A stretch of 64,000 bases of DNA from Patescibacteria group bacterium (GTDB lineage Bacteria > Patescibacteriota > Patescibacteriia > UBA2591 > JAQUPP01), in contig JAQUPP010000001.1 in the NCBI GenBank assembly GCA_028716665.1, forward strand, positions 128,467 to 192,466, written 5' to 3'. The translations under genes and the position numbers were made by a program. Below, piece after piece: positions 35,136 to 45,200 of the stretch (the first letter of the stretch is position 1; every line of letters begins with the position of its first letter). Under the pieces are notes generated by a model. It saw only the letters and a list, made by a program, of their open reading frames with translations. It ran no database searches and had not been told where the DNA came from.

Positions 35136-37652
35136 GAAGATTATAATTTTGCCAAAATAGAAAAAAAGTGGCAAAAAGTTTGGGAAAAATTGAAGCTTCA
35201 TCAGGCTCAGGATTCTTCCGAAAAGCCCAAACAATATATTTTGGCGGAATTTCCTTATCCTTCCGGTGACGGTCTCCATGTGGGGCACTGCCGCCCTTAT
35301 TTAGCCATGGACGTCTTGGCCAGAAAAAGACGAATGCAAGGGCAAAACGTTCTTTACCCTATGGGTTGGGACGCTTTTGGTTTGCCGACGGAAAATTATG
35401 CCATCAAAAAAGGAATTCATCCGGCCAAAATCACAGCTCAAAATATCGCTGTTTTTAAAAAACAATTTGAATCTTTGGGAATTTCTTTTGATTGGTCTAA
35501 AGAAATTAATACCACTGATCCGAAATATTATAAATGGACGCAATGGATTTTTATCCAATTGTTTAAGAGAGGAATGGCTTATCAATCTGAAATTCCGATT
35601 AACTGGTGTCCAAAATGCAAGATCGGTTTGGCAAATGAAGAAGTGGTTCAGGGAAAATGCGAACGCTGCGGCGCTCAAACTGAGAGGCGGCAAATGAAAC
35701 AATGGATGCTTAAAATTACCGAATATGCAGATCGTTTGATTAAAGAATTGGAAACAGTTGATTATCTGGAAAAAATTAAAACTCAGCAAATCAATTGGAT
35801 TGGCCGAAGCGAAGGAACAAATTTAAAATTTTTAATTAAAGATTCTGATTCGGAAGAAGAACAATCTATTGAAGTTTTTACCACTCGCGTTGATACGATT
35901 TACGGCGTAACGGCTTTGGTAATCGCGCCCGAGCATAAAATGATTGAGACATTAAAATTAAAAATTAAAAATTTGGAAGAAGTGGAAAAATATATTAAAG
36001 CATCTCAAGAAAAATCAGACATGGAAAGAACTGATTTGGCAAAAGAAAAATCAGGCGTCCAATTAAAAGGACTTTTTGCCGTTAATCCGATTAATAAAAA
36101 ATCAGTGCCGATTTTCCTCGGCGATTATGTGATTGCCGCTTATGGCGGAGGCTCGGTTATGGTTGTGCCGGCTCATGATCAAAGAGATTTTGATTTTGCC
36201 CAAAAATACGGATTGGAAATTATTGAGGTAATCAAACCTGACCAAAATCACAAAGCCGCGGAAAAGGGCGCCAATAATGAGTTATTAGAGGCCTTTGAAT
36301 CAGAGGGAATTTTAATCAATTCGGAAGAATTTTCCAATTTAGCTTCTGCTGAAGCAAGAAAAAAAATCACTGAAAGATTGACTTTGGAAAAATCAGGCGG
36401 ACTAAAAATAAATTATAAATTGCGAGATTGGGTTTTTTCCCGTCAGCATTATTGGGGAGAACCGATTCCATTGGTTTTCTGTCAAAAATGCGCTGACAAA
36501 ATAAAAAGTAAGAAACAAGAAGCGGATTGTAAAGAATTTAATCAGGGAGAATTATTAAATCCCGGCTGGACGGCGATTGAAGAAAAAAATTTGCCGGTTG
36601 AGTTGCCTTATCTTAAAAAATATCAGCCGTCAGGAACAGGTGAATCGCCACTCAGCAAATGCGAGAATTGGATAAAAGTGAAATGTCCGCGATGCGGCGC
36701 TTGGGCGAGAAGAGAAACCGACACCATGCCGAATTGGGCCGGTTCAAATTGGTATTTTATCCGTTATCTTGATTCCAAAAATGACAAAACTTTAGCCAGT
36801 CCGGAAAAAATGAAATATTGGTTGCCGGTTGATATTTATAATGGCGGAATGGAACACACAACTTTGCATCTTCTTTATTCCCGTTATTGGTATAAATTTT
36901 TATATGACATTGGCCTCGCGGAAAGCAATGAACCTTATTTTAAGAGAAGATCACACGGAATGATTCTGGCAGAAGATGGCAGGAAAATGAGTAAAAGTTT
37001 TTCCAATGTTGTTAACCCGAATGAGATCGTCAAAAAATATGGCGCTGATACTCTGCGGCTTTATGAAATGTTTATGGGACCGTATGATCAGCCGATTGCT
37101 TGGAACACTCAAACTATTGAAGGGGTTTGGCGTTTTATAAATCGGGTATGGAATTTAGCTTCTCAAACAAATTTAAAATCAGATGTTAAAAATGACGACT
37201 TGGAGTGTTTGATGCATCAGACAATAAAAAAAGTAAGCGAGAATATTGAGAATTTTAAATTCAACACCACGGTTGCCTTTCTAATGGAATATTTGAATGT
37301 TCTGGAAAAATCTCCGAATATCTCCGGCATTAAAACTTTACTTTTATTATTATCTCCTATTACTCCCCATCTTTGTGACGAACTTTGGTCTAAAATTAAT
37401 GGTGGTAAAAAAAGTATTTTTCAAGAAAAATGGCCGGAATTTGATTCTCGATTAGTCAAAGAAAAAGATTTTATTTTAGTTGTTCAAATTAACGGTAAAA
37501 TGAGAGATTCAATTAAAACTCATATTGGCATTACTGAAGAAGAAGCAAGTCGGATTGCTCTTAATAGTCAGAAAATTCAGAAATTTTTGAACGGACAAAA
37601 AATTAAAAAAACAATTTTTATCGCCGGAAGATTAATTAATTTAGTGGTTTAA
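35136..37652 (+). CDS. leuS: Leucyl-tRNA synthetase
   Basis: The HIGH-type region is PYPSGDGLHVGHCRPY and KMSKS is present. The start was chosen at MEDYNFAKIEKKWQ. Confidence 0.9.
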   Translation, partial: EDYNFAKIEKKWQKVWEKLKLHQAQDSSEKPKQYILAEFPYPSGDGLHVGHCRPYLAMDVLARKRRMQGQNVLYPMGWDAFGLPTENYAIKKGIHPAKITAQNIAVFKKQFESLGISFDWSKEINTTDPKYYKWTQWIFIQLFKRGMAYQSEIPINWCPKCKIGLANEEVVQGKCERCGAQTERRQMKQWMLKITEYADRLIKELETVDYLEKIKTQQINWIGRSEGTNLKFLIKDSDSEEEQSIEVFTTRVDTIYGVTALVIAPEHKMIETLKLKIKNLEEVEKYIKASQEKSDMERTDLAKEKSGVQLKGLFAVNPINKKSVPIFLGDYVIAAYGGGSVMVVPAHDQRDFDFAQKYGLEIIEVIKPDQNHKAAEKGANNELLEAFESEGILINSEEFSNLASAEARKKITERLTLEKSGGLKINYKLRDWVFSRQHYWGEPIPLVFCQKCADKIKSKKQEADCKEFNQGELLNPGWTAIEEKNLPVELPYLKKYQPSGTGESPLSKCENWIKVKCPRCGAWARRETDTMPNWAGSNWYFIRYLDSKNDKTLASPEKMKYWLPVDIYNGGMEHTTLHLLYSRYWYKFLYDIGLAESNEPYFKRRSHGMILAEDGRKMSKSFSNVVNPNEIVKKYGADTLRLYEMFMGPYDQPIAWNTQTIEGVWRFINRVWNLASQTNLKSDVKNDDLECLMHQTIKKVSENIENFKFNTTVAFLMEYLNVLEKSPNISGIKTLLLLLSPITPHLCDELWSKINGGKKSIFQEKWPEFDSRLVKEKDFILVVQINGKMRDSIKTHIGITEEEASRIALNSQKIQKFLNGQKIKKTIFIAGRLINLVV

Positions 37653-37655
37653 TTA

Positions 37656-38522
37656 ATGTCGCTTAAACAAGAAACACAAGAAATTTGCAATCAATATCAA
37701 ATTCAACCTTTAAGAAGAAGAGGACAAAATTTTTTAATTAATCAGGACGCGATAAATAAATTATTGGACGCGGCTAATTTGGAAAAATCAGATTGTGTGA
37801 TAGAAATCGGCGCCGGACTTGGAATTTTAACTCAAGAAATATCGGAAAAAGTAAAAAAAGTTTTAGCCGTGGAAATTGACAAGAAATTAATTGAGGTTTT
37901 GAAAGAAAAATTGAAAGATTATAAAAATGTTGAGATTCTACAAGAAGACATTCTTCAAATTCCAAATTCTAGATTCCAAATTCTGGATTCTTACAAGGTG
38001 GTGGCGAATTTGCCTTTTAATATTACCAGCGCGGTTCTAAGAAAATTTTTAGAAAATCCCGACGCCGCAAGGGGTCGGGACTCCGACCAAGAGCGTCGGA
38101 GAAAACCAAAATCAATAACTCTAATCCTTCAAAAAGAAGTTGGAGAGCGCATTCTGGCTCGACCGCCCGAAATGAATCTTTTGGCGATCTCAATTCAATT
38201 TTACAGTCAGCCCAAAAGAATTTTTAAAATTTCAAAAGAAAATTTTTGGCCCAAACCAAAAGTTGATTCAATAATTTTACAAATTATTCCAAATTATGAG
38301 TCAAACAGAACCAATGTAGACGAAGATGTTTTTTTTAAAATTGTCAGAGCCGGTTTTTCTTCGCCGCGAAAATACCTCTTGAATAATTTGGTGAAAAGTG
38401 CTATGGTAAATAAAGAAGAAGGTGAAAATATTTTATCTCAAACAAATCTTTCTCTAAAATCCAGAGCACAGGAATTATCAATTGAAAATTGGATAAATTT
38501 AGTTAATAAAATTAAAAAATAA
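37656..38522 (+). CDS. rsmA: 16S rRNA (adenine1518/1519-N6)-dimethyltransferase
   Basis: GQNFL and the SAM motif VIEIGAGLGILT are present in a KsgA fold, with one charged insertion. Confidence 0.85.
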   Translation: MSLKQETQEICNQYQIQPLRRRGQNFLINQDAINKLLDAANLEKSDCVIEIGAGLGILTQEISEKVKKVLAVEIDKKLIEVLKEKLKDYKNVEILQEDILQIPNSRFQILDSYKVVANLPFNITSAVLRKFLENPDAARGRDSDQERRRKPKSITLILQKEVGERILARPPEMNLLAISIQFYSQPKRIFKISKENFWPKPKVDSIILQIIPNYESNRTNVDEDVFFKIVRAGFSSPRKYLLNNLVKSAMVNKEEGENILSQTNLSLKSRAQELSIENWINLVNKIKK

Positions 38523-38526
38523 TTTC

Positions 38527-39240
38527 ATGCCGCAAAAGAAAAATACTTTTATTATAGTTTTTTTCATCTTAATCGGCATTGGCGCCGTTACTCTTGGTTT
38601 TCTGAAAATAAAAGGGGCAATTTATGCTCCTTTTATTAGTTATTCCAAACCAAAATCATTAACCCAAGAAGAGATTTTGGCCGGCTTAAAAATTATTGAT
38701 ACGGATCAAGACGGTTTTTCTGACTTCGACGAACAGTTTAAATATCAAACTTCGGCTTATTTGGCGGACTCTGACAGTGACGGATATTCTGATAAAACCG
38801 AAGTAGACGCGCAGTCCGATCCTTTAAATCTTATTTCAACCCCGCTTAATAAATTGGCAGCGGGAAGTGAAAATAATTTAGAAAAAACATTTTCCAGCCC
38901 CAGTGTTGGGACATTAAATCCAACTTCTAATTTAAGCAATGAGTCTGTTCAGAAAATTCGTGATTTATTGGTGGATAAAGGAGGTTTAAGCCGTGATGTT
39001 GTGGATAAGCTTGATAGCGAAACTCTTCAGAAGTTATATAATGAAACTAAGACAGAAACAGGAATAGATTTGGAAGCAATAGCAACGCCGAATACTGCTT
39101 CGGGCGATTTTTCTGATTTGGATATAAATGAGTTACGTCAACTCTTGATCACGCAAGGAGCGGATCCGGAAATATTAAATAAAATAGATGACGAAACATT
39201 AAAATTAATGTTTTTACAGTCAGCTCAACAATCACAATAA
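38527..39240 (+). CDS. Membrane-anchored protein with calcium-binding DxDxDG-type (thrombospondin-type-3-like) repeats
   Basis: An N-terminal TM segment is followed by DTDQDGFSDFDE and DSDSDGYSDKTEVD. Confidence 0.45.
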   Translation: MPQKKNTFIIVFFILIGIGAVTLGFLKIKGAIYAPFISYSKPKSLTQEEILAGLKIIDTDQDGFSDFDEQFKYQTSAYLADSDSDGYSDKTEVDAQSDPLNLISTPLNKLAAGSENNLEKTFSSPSVGTLNPTSNLSNESVQKIRDLLVDKGGLSRDVVDKLDSETLQKLYNETKTETGIDLEAIATPNTASGDFSDLDINELRQLLITQGADPEILNKIDDETLKLMFLQSAQQSQ

Positions 39241-39287
39241 GCAGAGAAGTAATAATCTGTTAGTTTATTAACTTATTATTTTACTCG

Positions 39288-42200
39288 TTGGCTTTTAAAT
39301 TTTTTATGAAAGCTAAAAAATTATTAAATTTTAGAATTTTAACCGGGGCGGTTTTATTGGTAATGTTTTTATCGATAATGACTCCGGTTTTATTTTATCC
39401 AAAACAAGCTCAAGCCCAAATGGTAGTTCATGATCCGCTTAAAGTGATAGTGGATAAGGTTTGGGAATTTTTAAAATTAGCTTGGAAAAATGGCGCGGGA
39501 ATCGCTTACAAAAACGCGATTAACACTTATACCAGTCAAATAGCCACGCAAACTGCCGAATGGGTGGCCTCGGGAGGAAAAGGACAAACCCCAATGTTTA
39601 TCGCCGATCCGGACTATTGGGTTAAGGTGGGAGATAATATGTTGGGAGAGTTTATTGACGCGGCCGCAGGACCGAAAGGCTTTTTCGGACAAAGCTTGTG
39701 CGATCCGATTGATCCGACTCTCCGTTTGAACATTTTAATTTCTTTTGATCCGCTTTATCGTCAAAAAACTTGGACACAAGAAAACAAATGTTCTTTCACT
39801 AAAATAAGACAAAGAATCAAAGAGGCAAGTCAAAAAAATTTAATTGAATTTTCCGTGGATTTGAAAGAAGGACCAGTTGGCAGATATCAGTCCAGTTTTA
39901 AATCCATTTTTGAAGCGGACAGTAAATTAAATGAATGGCAGACCGCTGATTGGCCGGGCGGGGATCACAAAACAAATCTGAAAATGATTGCTGATAAAAT
40001 TACAAGCATTCAAAAAGATTTTTCTCAAACCGTTGAGGATTTAAAAGCCAATAAAAACAATACTTCATTAATTCAAAAAGAAAATATTCAAGCTGATTTT
40101 CGAAACAGAATCAATAATAATGTTTGGGGACCGGACGAACCTCCGGCGACACAATATGGACAATATTTGAAATTTTGGCAAAAAAATACGTCAGCCTGCG
40201 CGGCCAAAAATAAAGAAAATTTTTGTCAGGATTTGAATTGTTATAATATCTGCAGCAAAACTGATTGTTTGGGTAATTTTACCAATTGTTTGGCTTATAC
40301 CAATAGAGCCAATCTTTATGTTAAACAATTAATAGATTGGACCAACCAATTGACAGGCATGATTAATAAAACTGATTTTACCGCTTTGACAACCAAAGAA
40401 GAGGTTACCTTGGAAGATATCGGCAGAATGTATTCGGAAGATAATGATTTGAGAATTACTTTAAGTCTCCAATCCAGTTTGATGGAAAAACAAGCCAATG
40501 CGGTATCTAAATCTCAATATTTTCAATCTCTCCAGGGCAGGCTTAATGATGTGACAACAAAAATTTCCGGTTTGACTAAAACTCCGTCATCATTGGTTGA
40601 TACGGCGGCTCGGGAGGCGGTAAAAAATGGCACAGCCAGTCCGATGCAATATACCGGTGTGGCGGTGGCCGACGCAATTGGCATATTTACCAATACTTTA
40701 ATTGATAAACTTTTAAAACAAATTTTTGAGAAAGGCTATAATGTTAATGTTTCACCGGAGGCGGTTAGAACACAGCCATTTTTAAGCGGAGAAGGAGGGT
40801 TGATTACTTTGGGTTCAAACGCGGGTGGATCGCTTTTTTCCGACTTGACAGTGGCTTCTTTGAAAAAAGGCGGGGAAATATCAATTTATGACGAATACTC
40901 AGTTTGCCCACAAGATCCGAAATACGCTTTGCCGAGCAATTGCGTAATGGATTCGGGAATGGTTAGAGCACTTGAAGACAATTTGACTTTAAAACAAGCC
41001 ATGGATAAAAATTTAATTCATTCGGATTGGTTGGTCAGCGGACGAAGTAAAAAAGACGCAGCTACTGATTATTTGGGCCGCTACAGTTTAACCAATATTA
41101 AAAAATTGCGCGCGATCAGAGTTTTTCCATTAGGTTTGGAAATTGCGGCGCAAAAAATTTATGACGGTAAATTGGGTGATGCTCAATTTACTTTAAAAGA
41201 TATTGTTGACGGATTTGATAAAGTCAGTTCAGACGGTGATTGTCGGATTTATATTGATCCTACTAAAACTCCGAAAGAAGGAAGTATGGAAATTCCATGT
41301 CCGGTTTGGGACAATGATCATTGTTATACTAATGTAGGGAAAACAAAAGAATCATTTTCCGCTTCACCTTTTTGTCATTTGGTTGATCCGAATTGGGTTT
41401 TAAAAGCGCCGTCTTTTCAATGTGAAACCATTGCTTATTCGGCTATTCCTTTACCCGGTTCCAACCAACGTCAGGAAACCTGTATTGATATGAAAGATTG
41501 TATTCACGAAGACGCGAATGGGAAATGCGATACTTGGGGTTATTGCACCAGAGAAAAAAATATTTGGCGGGCAGGCGGAAATTCTTGCGACAGCCAATTT
41601 AATACTTGTCAAACTTATACTAAAACCAGCGATAAAAAAAGTTCTTCTTATTTGGCCAATACTTTAAATTTTGCTAATTGCAGCGTCAATGATGTGGGTT
41701 GTAAATGGTATTGTTCCGATTATCAAAAAAGTTTTGGGGCCAATAAGGCAGATATTTGGGCTTGCGAAAAACCGGGAGTATCATTGACTTGCATAGACAG
41801 AGATGAAAGCGGCCAATGTACAACTTATGGGAAAAATGGTACTGAGCAAAATCCTACCCAAAACGCCATTTTCTTTAATCGCAATGTTGAAAAATGCGAC
41901 AAAAATTCAGAGGGCTGCCATGAATATATTCGGACTGCTACTGATTCAAAAATTTATTTAAAAACCGCGCCAGAATGGATGGATTGTGAAGGTGACAGCC
42001 CGAGTTTGGAATGTTCTAATTTCGCCACCAGTTGTGAAAAAGAAGATGTCGGTTGCGGATTATATGCGCCAATCAATAATGATCCGACTATCCCGGGAAT
42101 TGTTTCTGAAGGAAATCGTTGTTCGGAAAAATGTGTTGGAACGAATTATTTCAAAGAAATGAAGACAAATTTTGAAACCAATCAGCCCGACGTGCTGCTA

Positions 42201-45200
42201 ATTCCTTCTTTAGCCAAATCTTGTTCTGCGCCGGGTTGCGAAGAATTTACCAATTTAGATGAAGTGGCAAAGGGTGGTGAAGGAATACAATATTATTCTT
42301 ATATTCGAACTTGCCAAAAACCGGATACGCAAACTTGCGGTTATTATTACACTTGGGTTGGTTCAGATACCAATGGTTATCAATTAAAAAAATATTATTT
42401 AACAGCTGGGGCAGGAGGACCGGCAGAAATTGACAGCCCGTCTGCTCAATTCGGAATATGTGATAAAGACCAAATTTTTACTAATCCTCATTGCAAAGAA
42501 TTTTATGACGCGGATGGAAAAGTAAGTTATCGTATTTACGAAAATACTATTACTTGCTCTGATGATTGTCATCCTTTAAGGATAACTATTCCAACTGGTT
42601 TTGACTCAACTAAATGTTCAAATAGCGGCGGGACATGGGATAATGGAAATTGTATTTATCAAACCATTCCTACTGAAAGCGTTTCTTGTAGCAAGGCCAA
42701 TATCGGCTGCCGAGAATATAAAGGCAACGCCGCCAATAATGTTCGCCAAATTTTAAAAAGTGATTTTGAAGACGCGAAGGACCAAGGTTGGAATGGGACG
42801 CCTGTTAATGAATCAGGAGTTTATACGGGTCATTCATTGCAGAGCCCATCATTTATGATTTCTCACTCAGTTTCTTTAACGAGCGAAAAATCTTATATAC
42901 TTTCTTTCTGGGCCAGGGGCAATGGTGACTACTACTCATTTTTTACAAAAGATAAAGAAACTGTTTGGTTTAATAATAAAGATAAAACAACTATTTTTTC
43001 CGATGATTGGCAAGAAATTAAATTGGGGCCAATTTATTCGAACAATCAATTATCTTCTGGTGATTGGGAACTAAATATTAGAGGTCCTAATGGATTTTAT
43101 GTTGACGATATTATTTTAAAAGAAGTTAAAGACGATTTGAATTTAATCAAAGATTCTTGGAAAACAAAAATGCCTGCTGGATGCACTGTCTCGGGTTGCC
43201 AGGCATATAAAGATCAAAACAACAAACTTCAATATCTGACTTCATTTGCTCGTCTTTGTGATGAAAAATCAGTCGGCTGCGAAGCTTTGATTGACACCAA
43301 AAATTCCACTTCGCCGTTTGCTGAAACATTTAAAAATGGAACAACGGTTCCGGACGACAGTCCGATTTATTTGATCAATGATTCCAAAAAATCCTGTCAA
43401 GAAACAAACAAGGGTTGTCAAAGATTCGGTTTGCCGACGCTTTCTTCCGAAGATACGGTAGTTGGTTGGTCTGATTTATATTTAAGAAATAATCCTGATA
43501 ATTATTCTGCCAAGATTCTTTGCGACAGCGCGAATACCGGTTGCGAAGAATATAAAATCAACGGTTCCGGCAGTTCGGTTTATTTCAAAGATCCGGGCGA
43601 AAATCTTTGCGAATGGCGCGAAAAAATAATGGTCGGAGGAGAAAATAAAACAGGTTGGTTCAAAAAGGGAACCAGCCAGCCTTGCTATTACAACACAGAC
43701 AACACTCCATATCAAATCAATGGTCTTTATAGTATTAAAACAAGTGCTGAACCTGATTATAAAAATATAGCCGGAGTTTGTCCTCAAAAACAAACCGGTT
43801 GCACGCAATTTACTGATTTTGGAGCCACGGTTGGCAATAATTTAATTAATGGCGGAGATTTTGAAACCGGAAATTTGGGTCAATGGACACCTGCCTATGG
43901 TTCAGTAGCAAAACCTGATACAATTCAGCTTTTAAGCGGATTTGGTCAACCTGCTAATTTTTTAAGAATTGAAAGCGACGGTTCAAGTCCTCGTTTTGGC
44001 GTAGCTCAATACCCGGAATTTAATGATTTGCCAAGTGGCGCCAGTTTTAATTTTTCGGCTAAAATTAAATTAGATAATAATCTTACTGATGACGTAAAAG
44101 CGACTGTTTATTTGGACTTATTTTATCGGGGCAATAAAGAATTTGACAATCAAGGTTGTATTGTAAAAATTGACGACAAGTCTGTTCCCCGAGATTGTTC
44201 AGATTCGGAAAGCGCAATTGTTCGGACGTGTGCCGACCAAGGGAAAGATAACTGTACTGGTTCTAATGATTTAGAAAAATCTTATGTACAATGTTTAAAA
44301 GATGTTAATTTGGGAAATGTAAATGGTTGGTGTTTTAATTGGGTTTATGGCTATCAGCCGGCTGTCGGTTGGGGAGGAATTGATACAACCAATAAAGATT
44401 GGATAACTTTGAATAAAACAATTGTTGCCGGCGGAAAAGATAATCCTAAAAATTTGCCTTTATATAAAATAATGGTATCCCCTGTTTTAGTCAAAGGAAA
44501 TGGGACTGCGGGAGTTATTGATATCACAAATAGTAGTGTATATGCTGATTTTGATGATATCAGTTTGAAACAAATTCAAAATTATTATTATCTTGATGAC
44601 GACAAGTTGGATCAATCTTCCTGTCAAGGCAATGTTTCACAAAAACAAGATTGCATTCTCTTACTTGATTCAAGTTTAAAAAATGCCGATGGTCAAGTTT
44701 TGGCCACTTATAATACTTTTGCCACTTACAAAAAATCGGAAGCAACTAATCCAAAATACGGATTGGTTTCGCCGGTTGATTGTACAAAAGGAGTACCACA
44801 AACTGGCAAAAGTTGTACAGATGCTGAATATACAAATACAGATTATTGTAAATATTGTTCGTCTTACGGACAAATTAAAAATGACGCGAATACAATTCTT
44901 AAAGTCCGGCAAGATAGAACTTGCGGCGAATGGCTGACTTGCACCAGCTCGCGTTCAGAATGGGATAAAACTAGCGGTTCTTTTAAAGATATTTGTGAAG
45001 CGGTTGGCCGTTGCGACAAATTGATCGGCACTGGAAATGCGAATCAATGCGGTCATCTGATTTGGGAAAATGACCCGAAAGTTTTAGCCGATAATATATA
45101 TCAAAACCGAGATGTTTCTTGGAGCGGGATGGATTACGCCGGCCACTCAATTTACAATATGTACCCGATTGAAAGATTATGGGCCAAGGAATATAACGGT